Positions 28,113 to 37,679 are shown, numbered from the stretch's first letter. The stretch is DNA of 64,000 nt from Desulfuromonadales bacterium (GCA_919902985.1 CAKKSC010000022.1:3436-67435), one strand, 5' to 3'. Made by a program: numbers and translations. Notes: a model not told the origin generated them from the letters alone.

Positions 28113-28457
28113 CTAAACTGCCGCGTACACGACCTTTCCCGTCCTTTTGATTTCGCCCAGGAATGAAGCTTTGTCCGCCTTGCTGAACTCATCAGGAGAA
28201 CAGCCTATGGGTTCTACAACTGATAAATATTTTGATATCGCCTTTGCCAGTTTTTCCTGTATCATCAAGATGCCCTTCCCGGCAAAAGAGGGTGATATTA
28301 TTGCAATATCCACATCGGAGAACTCTCTTGGGTTGCCATTTGCATAAGAGCCATACAAAACGATCTCCTTGACCTTTATCTTGTGAGCCTCAAGGTCGTA
28401 AACCACATTATCTATTATCTTCTTTAAATCTCCCTGAGATAGTTTTGCTTTAGCCAT
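28113..28457 (-). CDS. MNT-type nucleotidyltransferase (HEPN-MNT antitoxin)
   Basis: LYGSYANG...SDVDIAII motif, ~114 aa. Confidence 0.88.
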   Translation of the reverse strand: MAKAKLSQGDLKKIIDNVVYDLEAHKIKVKEIVLYGSYANGNPREFSDVDIAIISPSFAGKGILMIQEKLAKAISKYLSVVEPIGCSPDEFSKADKASFLGEIKRTGKVVYAAV

Positions 28458-28570
28458 TTTATAACCTCTTTGCTTTTCTTTAAATGCTCTTCTGCGGTCG
28501 TTTTGTTAAACTGCCTGGCCAGTTTTGCAAAATCTTCCGGGTATCGAAATCCAGTATAAAGGAATTTCAT
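28424..28570 (-). pseudogene. C-terminal remnant of a HEPN-domain protein
   Basis: RYPEDFAKLARQFNKTTAEEHLKKSKEVIKWLK overlapping the MNT start; 5' part lost at the metY promoter. Confidence 0.65.
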
Positions 28571-28600
28571 TTGCAATCACAGCATATTTTCAGTTAAGCT
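28569..28600 (+). promoter_or_regulatory. Promoter/operator box, copy 2 (upstream of metY)
   Basis: ATTTGCAATCACAGCATATTTTCAGTTAAGCT. Confidence 0.65.
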
Positions 28601-28633
28601 GTATCCTGCAATCTTGTATAAGGAGTTGAATAA

Positions 28634-29926
28634 ATGAAACAGGAAAAGGAATTCGGGTTTGATACTCGGATGGTGCATGCAGGGCATATCCCGGACTCGC
28701 AGACCGGATCACGTGCCGTCCCCATCTATCAGACCTCTTCATTCGTCTTTTTTGACGCGGACCACGCGGCAGAGCTTTTTGACCTCAAGCAGTACGGGCA
28801 TATATACTCCAGGATCAGCAACCCGACCGTCTCGGTATTTGAGGAGCGCATGGCTTCGCTGGAGGGGGCTACAGGTGCGGTGGCTACTACTACTGGGATG
28901 TCTGCACAGCTTACAGTATTCATGACCCTCCTTGAACCTGGGGATGAGGTGGTCTCATCAGCCCATCTTTACGGGGGGACGCTGGTACAGTTCACCCATA
29001 CATTGAAAAGAATGGGAGTGTCCGTGACCTTTGTAGACCCTACCGATATAGGAGCATGGGAGCGGGCGATAACTCCCCGCACAAAGGCCCTGTATGGAGA
29101 ATTGATCGGAAACCCAAGGGGTAGCATCATGGACCTTGAAAAGATCGGGGTCCTGGCAGCCCAGCACTGCATACCCCTCATCATAGACAACACAATGGCA
29201 ACGCCGTACCTTTGTCGTCCCATGGGTTTCGGGGCATCCATAGTGGTCTATTCAGCCACCAAGTTCATCGGCGGGCATGGGAACTCCTTGGGAGGCGTGG
29301 TCCTTGACTCCGGTAAGTTCGATTATTCCCGTTTCCCAGCCATTGCCGAGCCGTCTCCGAAATACCACAACCTTCGCTTTTACGATACCTTCGGCCATTA
29401 CGGGTTTCTGATGAAGTTGAGGGTTGAGACGGTGCGTGACACAGGCTGTTGCCTCTCTCCAATGAACGCCTTTCTTCTGATACAAGGGCTTGAGACCCTC
29501 TCTCTCCGAATGGAGAGACATGTGGAGAATGCGCTGAAGATAGCCACTTTCCTGGAAGAGCACCCGAAGGTCGCGTGGGTAGCCTATGCAGGCCTGCCCA
29601 GCCACCCCCAGCATGATCTGGCCAATAAGTATATGCCTAAAGGTCCCGGCGCAGTCTTCTCCTTCGGGCTTAAGGATAAGGCAGGCGAAGATGTGCGCCT
29701 GTCAGGTAAAAGATTTATCGAAAATTTAAAGCTGTTCAGTCACCTGGCTAACATCGGAGATGTGCGCAGTCTCGTAATACATCCCGCCTCTACCACTCAC
29801 CAGCAGCTAACTGATGAAGAGTTGAAAGCGTGCGGAGTGGGGCCGGAACTTATCCGACTATCAATCGGAATCGAAAATGTGGAGGACCTTCTATGGGATC
29901 TGGAACAGGCGTTTCATGCTCTATAA
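28634..29926 (+). CDS. metY: O-acetylhomoserine sulfhydrylase
   Basis: PIYQTSSF, YSRISNPT, SATKFIGGHG (PLP Lys), HLANIGD, HPASTTH. Confidence 0.93.
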   Translation: MKQEKEFGFDTRMVHAGHIPDSQTGSRAVPIYQTSSFVFFDADHAAELFDLKQYGHIYSRISNPTVSVFEERMASLEGATGAVATTTGMSAQLTVFMTLLEPGDEVVSSAHLYGGTLVQFTHTLKRMGVSVTFVDPTDIGAWERAITPRTKALYGELIGNPRGSIMDLEKIGVLAAQHCIPLIIDNTMATPYLCRPMGFGASIVVYSATKFIGGHGNSLGGVVLDSGKFDYSRFPAIAEPSPKYHNLRFYDTFGHYGFLMKLRVETVRDTGCCLSPMNAFLLIQGLETLSLRMERHVENALKIATFLEEHPKVAWVAYAGLPSHPQHDLANKYMPKGPGAVFSFGLKDKAGEDVRLSGKRFIENLKLFSHLANIGDVRSLVIHPASTTHQQLTDEELKACGVGPELIRLSIGIENVEDLLWDLEQAFHAL

Positions 29927-30432
29927 CTCTTAACTCAGTATTGACTAAAGAGCAGAAGGAACTGTATCAAAATCCGGAAGATATCCGGAAGATATTGAAT
30001 GAATGCAAGACTATCGCCATTGTGGGGCTGTCCACCGACAAGCAGAAGGCGAGCTATTTCGTTGCATCGTATATGCGTTCATCGGGATATCGAATCATAC
30101 CGGTAAACCCCAGGGCAGAGCGGATACTGGGCGAAACTTGTTACCCGGACTTGAAGAGCATTCCCGAACCTGTGGACCTGGTGGATATTTTCCGGCCCTC
30201 TTACGATTGTCTGGAGATAGCACAGGAGGCAATCGCCTGTAAGGTGAAGGCCGTATGGTTACAGCTTAAAATCATTAATGAGGAGGCGGCTGAACTGGCG
30301 CGAAAGGCCGGTTTACTCGTTGCGATGGACTGTTGCATTAAAATGGAGCATGGGCGTTATTGCGGTGGACTGCACGAAGCAGGGATGAATACCGAGATCA
30401 TCTCGGCCCAGCGGGTTCATCGGTTTGTTTAA
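29893..30432 (+). CDS. CoA-binding protein (YccU-like)
   Basis: TIAIVGLS, IIPVNP, VDLVDIFR, VWLQ; ATG 29893 with GGAGG RBS. Confidence 0.88.
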   Translation: MGSGTGVSCSITLNSVLTKEQKELYQNPEDIRKILNECKTIAIVGLSTDKQKASYFVASYMRSSGYRIIPVNPRAERILGETCYPDLKSIPEPVDLVDIFRPSYDCLEIAQEAIACKVKAVWLQLKIINEEAAELARKAGLLVAMDCCIKMEHGRYCGGLHEAGMNTEIISAQRVHRFV

Positions 30433-31469
30433 GTATTCATCAACACCAGCGCCTTTATTGAATCTCCTGCGTCAGCCGTTGTATTAAAGGCTTCCCCAGC
30501 CTGTTCAAGCGGGTATCTGTGTGTGACTATCTTTTCCGCGCTCACTACACCCATCTCAATCAGTTCCAGGGCCTCCCTTGTATCGAAAGGCCCGCAGGAG
30601 TACGAAGGGACAAGGGATATCTCGTTGAAATATATGTCATGGGGGTTTATAAGAAGGTTCTCCTCTTTTGGCGTAGGGGTGAAGAGAAGGACAGTCCCGC
30701 CTCTCCCGCAGCATTTTATTCCCTCCTCCATAGCTTTTATGGAGCTTGGCCCCACAACTACAATATCCGCCATGATCCCGCCGGTGGCATCTTTCACAGC
30801 ATCAAATAAATCCAGCTCCGTCAGATTTACTACCAGATCAGCCCCCATCCCCTTTGCGTAGTCGCACCTGAACTTTTGAAAATCTGCGGCTATCACCTTC
30901 TTTGCCCCGTAATGCTTCGCCAGAAGGACATTCAACTGCCCCATTGTGCCGAGGCCCTGTACCAGAACGATGTCCCCCTGCCTTATCCGTGCCCTTTTGA
31001 ACCCCTTGACCACGCAGGCCGTCGGCTCGGTAAGGGTCGCATCCTCCATCGAGATGCCGTCCGGCAAAAGAAGCGTATCTCCCTGAAGGTTCTCCTCCGG
31101 GATCTTCACATATTCCGCGATCCCGCCTGGGACTATCTTTGTCTTCCTCCATGTATCGCACTGGACATAATCACCCCGGCGGCAGAAGCGGCAGGTGAAG
31201 CATGGGCCATGATGGTGTATTGCAACTCTGTTCCCGACCTTAAAGTTCTTTACCTCTTTACCGACTTCTACAATGGTTCCCGCCGGTTCATGCCCAAGGA
31301 CAATAGGGGCCTTTTTCCTGATGTACCAGGGCATCACATCGCCGGAGCATATCCCGCAGGCGGAGGCCTTAACCAGCGCCTCCCTTGGGCCCACATCCGG
31401 GACAGGCATCTCTTCGATGCGTATATCTTTAAAGTCATATGCCACAGCGGCCTTCATAGTCTTGTTCAT
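30429..31469 (-). CDS. Zinc-dependent alcohol/sugar dehydrogenase (MDR family)
   Basis: CGICSGD, GHE, CxxCxxC...C structural Zn site, GLGTMG. Confidence 0.92.
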   Translation of the reverse strand: MNKTMKAAVAYDFKDIRIEEMPVPDVGPREALVKASACGICSGDVMPWYIRKKAPIVLGHEPAGTIVEVGKEVKNFKVGNRVAIHHHGPCFTCRFCRRGDYVQCDTWRKTKIVPGGIAEYVKIPEENLQGDTLLLPDGISMEDATLTEPTACVVKGFKRARIRQGDIVLVQGLGTMGQLNVLLAKHYGAKKVIAADFQKFRCDYAKGMGADLVVNLTELDLFDAVKDATGGIMADIVVVGPSSIKAMEEGIKCCGRGGTVLLFTPTPKEENLLINPHDIYFNEISLVPSYSCGPFDTREALELIEMGVVSAEKIVTHRYPLEQAGEAFNTTADAGDSIKALVLMNT

Positions 31470-31715
31470 CGTTTGCATCCCTTTCATTAGCAGGTAATCA
31501 GATTAACATGTTATTGGGATATCGGCAAGATGATTGAAGAACCTATAACCCACCAACTACAGAGTTCTGTAGTTTGATCAACCTTTAAAAAAGCATTTGG
31601 GATGCAGATTTTTGCCGATTTTGCAAAGAGAAAGGAGACATTTAGGAAAGCCGGTAGAACCCAAGTTAAGCCGTTGTAAAAAAACTGTTACATCGCAATA
31701 TAGTGATTGGCATAA

Positions 31716-31766
31716 GGGGCCGTAACGAAATGGTTGGAAATGTAATGATTATTTCGTAACGGTCCC
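31716..31766. mobile_element. 51-bp MITE / IS-end remnant with TAA target duplication
   Basis: TAA|GGGGCCGTAACGAAAT ... ATTTCGTAACGGTCCC|TAA, TIRs match 14/16. Confidence 0.6.
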
Positions 31767-31859
31767 TAAAGGAAGATCAAGGTTCTTACGGGGATACTTT
31801 ATTAAAGACTGTTTAAATTTATAGGAGATAAAATGGAATTGTCGATAAAGAGAAGAGTA

Positions 31860-31883
31860 GGGAGGTGGGATAATCCACCTCCC
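31860..31883 (-). terminator. Probable terminator after the YtxH gene
   Basis: GGGAGGTGG/CCACCTCCC stem followed by a pyrimidine-rich tail on the minus strand. Confidence 0.55.
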
Positions 31884-31899
31884 CGGATCGATTACTCTT

Positions 31900-32211
31900 T
31901 TAAGAGCCTTGATGCTTTGCCTTTTCCTTTTGATATGCCTCTTTCCCTGCCTCATAGGCAGTCCTTACCTCGTCCTTCTTTTCCTGCATAGAGTTTTTGA
32001 TGGCTTCGAGACGCTCCTCGATCTCTTCCAGAGCGGCGTCATATCCTTCTTTTGTCCGCACTCTTGCCTTTTCTGCTCCCTCTCTTATCCGCCTCCTTGT
32101 TTCTTCCCCTGATGCAGGCGCATACAACAAGGCAATCCCTGCCCCAATCGCGCCTCCAAGCAAAAAGCCTAATACTGTGTTCGTCCCTCCTGAATGGTTA
32201 TTCCCGCACAT
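31900..32211 (-). CDS. YtxH domain protein
   Basis: GFLLGGAIGAGIALLYAPASGEETR. Confidence 0.9.
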   Translation of the reverse strand: MCGNNHSGGTNTVLGFLLGGAIGAGIALLYAPASGEETRRRIREGAEKARVRTKEGYDAALEEIEERLEAIKNSMQEKKDEVRTAYEAGKEAYQKEKAKHQGS

Positions 32212-32572
32212 TTTCTTTTCCCCCCTTTCTGAAATGTTTTAATCCGAACGTTATGCCTGCCATTACACCGGCCATCTTTAACACAGGCCCCTTGATAGCG
32301 TCTATAACAACCTCTGCAACCCCTGTTGCCTTTAAGGTCACATCTTTAAACTTCTTTACGGTCTCCTCCATGTCCCCCACCTGGCCGTTTACCCTGTGCG
32401 TTATCTCCTTTACATCCTCAAGGACCCTCTTCCCCTGCTCCGAAAACTCCTGAACTGCCTTCGCGGTTTGGCGAAGTTGGGTAATCGCAGGGATGAGGGA
32501 TACAACCAGTATTAAAAAGGAGATGGCAATTATGAATATGGAAAGTTCGGCCAGTGAAACAGTAAATGTCAT
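32198..32572 (-). CDS. DUF948 (YoxC-like) protein
   Basis: N-terminal TM, coiled coil, paired with YtxH. Confidence 0.75.
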   Translation of the reverse strand: MTFTVSLAELSIFIIAISFLILVVSLIPAITQLRQTAKAVQEFSEQGKRVLEDVKEITHRVNGQVGDMEETVKKFKDVTLKATGVAEVVIDAIKGPVLKMAGVMAGITFGLKHFRKGGKENVRE

Positions 32573-32790
32573 ATACACCTCGGGATAATAAATCTACTAT
32601 AATCAGTCTTGAACTAAACTTACCCTGTTAATGTTGAGTTGTCAAGTAAGGGGGATCATATAATTGCCTTGACACTTACCGTTTTTGTCTGCTATTTTTT
32701 TGTATAGTAGCAGACTTGAATTGATATATGGGTCTGACATCATAAGTCGGTGAACGCCGCTGGTACTGATTATTAAAGCAAGGAGGCTTC

Positions 32791-33411
32791 ATGTACTCAT
32801 TTAGCATCTATGACTTCTATGTAAAGGGGGGGGTGTTCATGCACCCGATCCTTCTATGTTCCATCTTATCCCTTGCAATATTCATGGAAAGGCTCTGGAG
32901 CCTGAGAAGAAAAAAAGTCATCCCTGAAGCCCTCCTTCCAAAACTTGAAAGGCTTATTAATGAAGGAAAGATTACAGAGTCCATCGCCCTCTGTAAGGCC
33001 GATAATTCTTCTATGGCCAGGATAGTTATGGCAGGGATAAAGAACTCAGATAAAAAAAGGGAACTTATTAAGGAGGCGATGCAGGAGACAGGAAGCAGAG
33101 AGGCTGTCTATCTGGAGAAGTACCTGGAGGCGCTTTCCACTATTGCCGGGGTAAGTACCCTTCTTGGTCTGTTAGGTACCATACAGGGAATGATAATTAT
33201 TTTTTCCATGATAGCCATTGAATCTACAGTAAACCCCCAGGCTCTTGCAGGAGGCATATCCACAGCGCTTAACACGACAGCCGCCGGTCTGGTTGTTGCC
33301 ATACCGACAACCATATTCTACAAGTATCTTATGGGGAAGGCTGAGACAATGGTCGTCGAGATGGAAGAGTATGCGACCCGGATGGTAGATATAATTAAGG
33401 GGAACGATTAA
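32791..33411 (+). CDS. MotA/TolQ/ExbB proton channel protein
   Basis: LLGLLGTIQGM, GISTALNTTAAGLVVAIP. Confidence 0.92.
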   Translation: MYSFSIYDFYVKGGVFMHPILLCSILSLAIFMERLWSLRRKKVIPEALLPKLERLINEGKITESIALCKADNSSMARIVMAGIKNSDKKRELIKEAMQETGSREAVYLEKYLEALSTIAGVSTLLGLLGTIQGMIIIFSMIAIESTVNPQALAGGISTALNTTAAGLVVAIPTTIFYKYLMGKAETMVVEMEEYATRMVDIIKGND

Positions 33412-33827
33412 TGCGCTTCAGGAAACCAAGACACGGCAGGGGCTCAGTAAATATGGACGTGACCCCCATCCTGGATACGGCCTTTAACCTGCTCCTCTTC
33501 TTCGCCCTTTCCTTCAACTTCGGCGTTGCGCCGGGACTGAAGGTCAAGCTACCTGAAGCCTCGGCGGAAGCGTTGAAAAAAGAGAATAAGGAGATAACGG
33601 TGAGTATCTCCAAGGAAGGGGTACTCTCCCTTGAAGGGAAGACGGTGACTGTAAATGACCTTACCAGCAGATTCAAGGCCCTCCGGTCTAAAAACCCGGA
33701 TGCCATGGTGATAGTCCAGGGAGACGCAGAGGCCCTTCACGGAAAAGTTGTCCAAGTGATGGACGCTGCCAAGGGAGCAGGACTAAGTAAACTGGCTATT
33801 GCGACAAGACCTAAAGAAGGCAGGTAA
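33411..33827 (+). CDS. ExbD/TolR family protein
   Basis: VTPILDTAFNLLLFF, GD...HGKVVQVMD. Confidence 0.92.
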   Translation: MRFRKPRHGRGSVNMDVTPILDTAFNLLLFFALSFNFGVAPGLKVKLPEASAEALKKENKEITVSISKEGVLSLEGKTVTVNDLTSRFKALRSKNPDAMVIVQGDAEALHGKVVQVMDAAKGAGLSKLAIATRPKEGR

Positions 33828-33945
33828 CAGAACAGAGAAGATGGGTATTGACAAGGAACCAAGAAAAATGGTATAAATATTTAGTCATACTGTTGATATC
33901 CATCTTATTTTTTGGATGTTTTATATCTCTTGCAGGAGGTGTTTT

Positions 33946-34248
33946 ATGGCAATGATAAATTGTTGGGAAGCGAAAAACTGTGGCAGGGAGCCTGGAGGCA
34001 GCAAGGTCTCTGAGTTTGGTGTTTGTCCTGCGGCAACAGAGACGAAGCTTGACGGCTACCATAACGGCACAAACGCCGGCAGGGTCTGCTGGGCTGTTGC
34101 CGGGACCTATTGCGGAGGAAAGGTTCAAGGTACATTTGCGAATAAGGAAGAAAATTGCTCTGCCTGCGATTTTTATAAAGATGTTATTAAGGCAGAAGGG
34201 AAAAATTACACAGGAGTAATGCCGATTTTGAAAAAACTCAAATCTTAA
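33946..34248 (+). CDS. Cys-rich two-CW-domain protein
   Basis: NCWEAKNC...CPA...GRVCWAVAGTYC...CSACDFY; ATG 33946 with GGAGG RBS. Confidence 0.8.
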   Translation: MAMINCWEAKNCGREPGGSKVSEFGVCPAATETKLDGYHNGTNAGRVCWAVAGTYCGGKVQGTFANKEENCSACDFYKDVIKAEGKNYTGVMPILKKLKS

Positions 34249-34406
34249 TTTCCTCAATAATCCCAGTATCGGATATCTGTTAATTCAATAATGTCCCGGG
34301 CTCTATGTCATTCCCTGGATGACTGGCGGGGAGTGGAACAGAGTCCTGTTGCATTAACAGCCAAAGAAGAGGATGGAAATGTCGGAAGTTCAGTACTGAA
34401 TAATAC

Positions 34407-34748
34407 TTACGAATTCCCCACCCTGCCTGCCTGGAACAGGCCGAGATGTTCCAGAGCCAGAGAGCTTTGGCTCAGAAACCTTATCCCCATGCCTTTAGGA
34501 AGTCCGTTATTCGACTCAGGACTTATGTTGTTCCAGACCACCTCCCCCAGCACCTCTACGGCGCTGTGCAGAGTAGGAAGGTTAAGATGGAGAACCACCA
34601 TGCTCCCAGGAGGGAGTGGTTTGTGTGAAGGCAAATAGATGCCTCCAGCGCTTATATTCAGGGAGAAGACGCTCTGTACTGAGTCATTACTGGTGAAATC
34701 CACATTGATCCTTATCGGTATACGGGGATTTTCCCTCTGATTACCCAA
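34407..34748 (-). CDS. Stand-alone PilZ-domain protein
   Basis: RENPR (RxxxR) and NISAGG motifs, GEVVW, GMGIRF. Confidence 0.85.
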   Translation of the reverse strand: MGNQRENPRIPIRINVDFTSNDSVQSVFSLNISAGGIYLPSHKPLPPGSMVVLHLNLPTLHSAVEVLGEVVWNNISPESNNGLPKGMGIRFLSQSSLALEHLGLFQAGRVGNS

Positions 34749-36138
34749 TAGATGCTCCTTTGAAAAACCTGGTAATTATCTCTATATCTCCTTCAATTAA
34801 TGTCCTCATATCAAAAACAACCTCGTCCTGCTCTATCCTTGCAACAATTGCGTTGGAGTTCGTTCTCAGCTTCTTTTCCAGCCTGTTTGGGGATATCCCT
34901 TTTGCCTTAATAACCACAAGCTTTGTAGGTATCTCCTGAAGGGGCATTGCGCCTCCTCCAACCTGTGAGAAGCCGTCTCTTATGCTTACCTCAAACCTTC
35001 CGCCTGGGATGCCTCTGAGTCCTTTCAGCAACCTCCTTGCCGTCTTTGCCAGGTCCGCAACCTGGAGGGTCAGCATCCTTAACACAGGTATCTCATGGAA
35101 TGCCTTCAATTCATCCATGTATACCTTTAAAGTAGCCTCCAGTGCCGCAACAGTGAGCTTGTCAATCCTCAGCGCCCTTGTAAGAGGGTTTTTCTTAATG
35201 GCAGCTATGATTTCCTTCTTTCCGACGATAATCCCGGCCTGAGGGCCTCCAAGCAGCTTGTCTCCGCTGAATGTAATAACGTCTATCCCTCCTGCTACGG
35301 AGTCCTGGACCGTTGGCTCTCTTTTTATTCCATACCCGGAAAGGTCAACAAGGCTTCCGCTGCCGAGGTCGTTCATCACAGGGATATTATTCTCCTTGCC
35401 GAGCTTGGCTAAATCCTGAATAGGGACATCCGCCGTGAACCCGACCATGTCGAAGTTGCTCCTGTGGACCTTCATAATCAGTGATGTTTCAGGGGTCATT
35501 GCAGCCTCATAATCATTGAGATGTGTCCTGTTGGTGGTCCCAACCTCCACAAGACTTGCCGCGCTCTTTCTCATCACATCCGGTATTCTGAAGGAACCAC
35601 CTATTTCAACCAGTTCTCCGCGTGAGACTATGACCTCCTTCCCCTCCGCCAGGGTGTTGAGGACGAGCAGAACAGCAGCGGCGTTATTGTTGACAACCAA
35701 AGCGGCCTCTGACCCTGTAAGCCGGCAAAGAAGCGGTTCCAGGTGTGAATACCTTTCGCCCCTTTCCCCCTTCTCCAGGTCAAATTCAAGGTTGGCATAA
35801 GCAGTCGAGACTTCAATGAGGTTTTTCAATGCCGATACTGGAAGGGGCGCCCTTCCAAGGTTCGTATGGAGGATTACGCCAGTGGCATTTACAACCCTCG
35901 CCATACTGAGTTTCCCGCTTTTTTCTATCTCAGTCTCCACCTTCTTGCGGAACTCGCCAATATTAAACCTGTAAATCCTTGCTTCGCTGCCTTTTATCAA
36001 CTCCCTTTCTTTATCAAGGGCGGTCCTTATGGCTTCAACAACTATCGGGCGCGACCTTTCTTTTAGGAATCCGGCTGTCTTGCTGTCCTTAAGGATGGAA
36101 TCAACCGACGGCAGCTTTCTTAAAAGTTCCTTCTTCAT
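34741..36138 (-). CDS. selA: L-seryl-tRNA(Sec) selenium transferase
   Basis: NATGVILHTNLGRA, VEIGGSFRIP, FSGDKLLGGPQAG. Confidence 0.97.
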   Translation of the reverse strand: MKKELLRKLPSVDSILKDSKTAGFLKERSRPIVVEAIRTALDKERELIKGSEARIYRFNIGEFRKKVETEIEKSGKLSMARVVNATGVILHTNLGRAPLPVSALKNLIEVSTAYANLEFDLEKGERGERYSHLEPLLCRLTGSEAALVVNNNAAAVLLVLNTLAEGKEVIVSRGELVEIGGSFRIPDVMRKSAASLVEVGTTNRTHLNDYEAAMTPETSLIMKVHRSNFDMVGFTADVPIQDLAKLGKENNIPVMNDLGSGSLVDLSGYGIKREPTVQDSVAGGIDVITFSGDKLLGGPQAGIIVGKKEIIAAIKKNPLTRALRIDKLTVAALEATLKVYMDELKAFHEIPVLRMLTLQVADLAKTARRLLKGLRGIPGGRFEVSIRDGFSQVGGGAMPLQEIPTKLVVIKAKGISPNRLEKKLRTNSNAIVARIEQDEVVFDMRTLIEGDIEIITRFFKGASIG

Positions 36139-36268
36139 TGCGACCGGATTATATTAACAAAGGCAGGCAGTGTCAAGGTTTAAACTGCTGTTATCTCTTG
36201 ACTTTCTGAGGTGCGGGTGCTAACCTGCGGCTATCAATTCCATCTCCTGCTGAAAGGAGCAATCAGAT

Positions 36269-37132
36269 ATGAAGATAAGAAAGGCTGTATTTCCGGCTGC
36301 CGGGCTTGGTACAAGATTCCTTCCCGTAACCAAGGCCATTCCAAAGGAGATGCTCCCCCTGGTTGACACACCGCTGATTCAATACTGCGTGGAGGAGGCC
36401 ATCGCTTCTGGTATAGAGGATGTAATAATAATCACAGGCCGCGGCAAGACGGCCATAGAAGACCATTTCGACACATCAAAAGAACTCGAGGTGTTGTTGG
36501 AGGAAAAGGGGAAGACAGACCTTTTGAAGATGGTCAGGGACATATCAAACCTTGTCAGGTTCTCATACACAAGACAAAAAGAAGCGTTGGGACTTGGGCA
36601 CGCAATCCTTTGCGCTAAAGACCTGGTGGGAGAAGAACCCTTTGCGGTATTTCTGGGAGATGATATCATAGATTCCAAGGTCCCTGCCATGAAACAGATG
36701 ACTGAGGTGTATAAAAAATACAGACACTCCGTCCTGGCAGTACAAAGGGTTCCAAGGGAGAATATATCAAGTTATGGGGTGATTAAAGGGACGGCAGCAG
36801 GTAACCACCTATTTGAAGTAACCGATCTGGTTGAAAAACCGAGGCCCGAAGATGCCCCATCTGACTTGGCGGTCATAGGGAGATATATCCTTACCCCGGA
36901 TGTCTTTGAGTATCTGGAAAATACCAGACCTGGGAAAAACGGGGAGATTCAACTGACCGATGCCCTAAAGGCAATGGCTGGCAGGCATCCCATATATGCC
37001 CTTGAGTTTGAGGGCGACAGGTACGATGCAGGGGACAAGCTTGGTTTTTTAAAGGCCACTGTCTCCCTTGCCCTGAAGAGGGACGATTTAAGAGATGAGT
37101 TTGTCGAATTTCTCAAGGGGTTAAAGCTTTAG
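36269..37132 (+). CDS. galU: UTP-glucose-1-phosphate uridylyltransferase
   Basis: AAGLGTRFLP..K..PKEMLP, VEKP, GEIQLTDA. Confidence 0.97.
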   Translation: MKIRKAVFPAAGLGTRFLPVTKAIPKEMLPLVDTPLIQYCVEEAIASGIEDVIIITGRGKTAIEDHFDTSKELEVLLEEKGKTDLLKMVRDISNLVRFSYTRQKEALGLGHAILCAKDLVGEEPFAVFLGDDIIDSKVPAMKQMTEVYKKYRHSVLAVQRVPRENISSYGVIKGTAAGNHLFEVTDLVEKPRPEDAPSDLAVIGRYILTPDVFEYLENTRPGKNGEIQLTDALKAMAGRHPIYALEFEGDRYDAGDKLGFLKATVSLALKRDDLRDEFVEFLKGLKL

Positions 37133-37186
37133 TGGTCAGGGGTCAGTGATCAGTGGTCAGTTACTGACAACCGGCCACTGACCACC
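37131..37186. repeat. Heptamer-repeat hairpin (TGGTCAG/CTGACCA)
   Basis: AGTGGTCAGGGGTCAGTGATCAGTGGTCAGT-T-ACTGACAACCGGCCACTGACCACC. Confidence 0.75.
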
Positions 37187-37203
37187 TTTTGGGGGGAGAA
37201 GAT

Positions 37204-37653
37204 ATGGGATCATCACCAAAGCAAGGGAAAGAAAAGACAACAAAGATTGAAAGTGAGATAGACGAGATAGATGAGCCATTCTTTGCCGTCTTCGGATTCG
37301 AATCTAACAAGGAAGAAGGTTTCCCAGTGATAGATGTCTTCGAAAACTCCGACAATATCTTTATAGAGGCCGAACTGCCCGGCATAGACAGGGAGAGGAT
37401 GCGGATAAGTGTAGCTGAAGGGGAGCTGGTGATAGAGGGAGATAAGGCTGGAGACAGGGAGGAGAACGGCAAGGTAAACTATATATGCATAGAGAGGAGC
37501 TTTGGGAAGTTTTGCAGGACGGTAGAGATACCCAAGGCTGCTGACACAAGCAAGGTAAGGGCCAGATACAAGGAAGGGATACTTCTAGTCACCATCCCGA
37601 AGGTTAAAGAACAAAGAAAGAAAAAGAGAAAGATAGAGATAGAGATAGAGTAA
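37204..37653 (+). CDS. Hsp20/alpha-crystallin small heat shock protein
   Basis: PVIDVFE, AELPGI, ERSFGKFCR, ARYKEGILLVTIPK. Confidence 0.92.
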   Translation: MGSSPKQGKEKTTKIESEIDEIDEPFFAVFGFESNKEEGFPVIDVFENSDNIFIEAELPGIDRERMRISVAEGELVIEGDKAGDREENGKVNYICIERSFGKFCRTVEIPKAADTSKVRARYKEGILLVTIPKVKEQRKKKRKIEIEIE

Positions 37654-37679
37654 AAATACAAGATATCTGGAGGTAGATA

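Noticed and set aside
34250-36260. tRNA-Sec (selC) or a UGA-recoded selenoprotein near selA
   Set aside because: No cloverleaf with a UCA anticodon, and no ORF in the window needed in-frame TGA readthrough to restore a known motif
37630-37650. GATAGA hexamer repeat at the hsp20 3' end
   Set aside because: It encodes the IEIEIE tail that contains the normal IxI motif of small heat shock proteins
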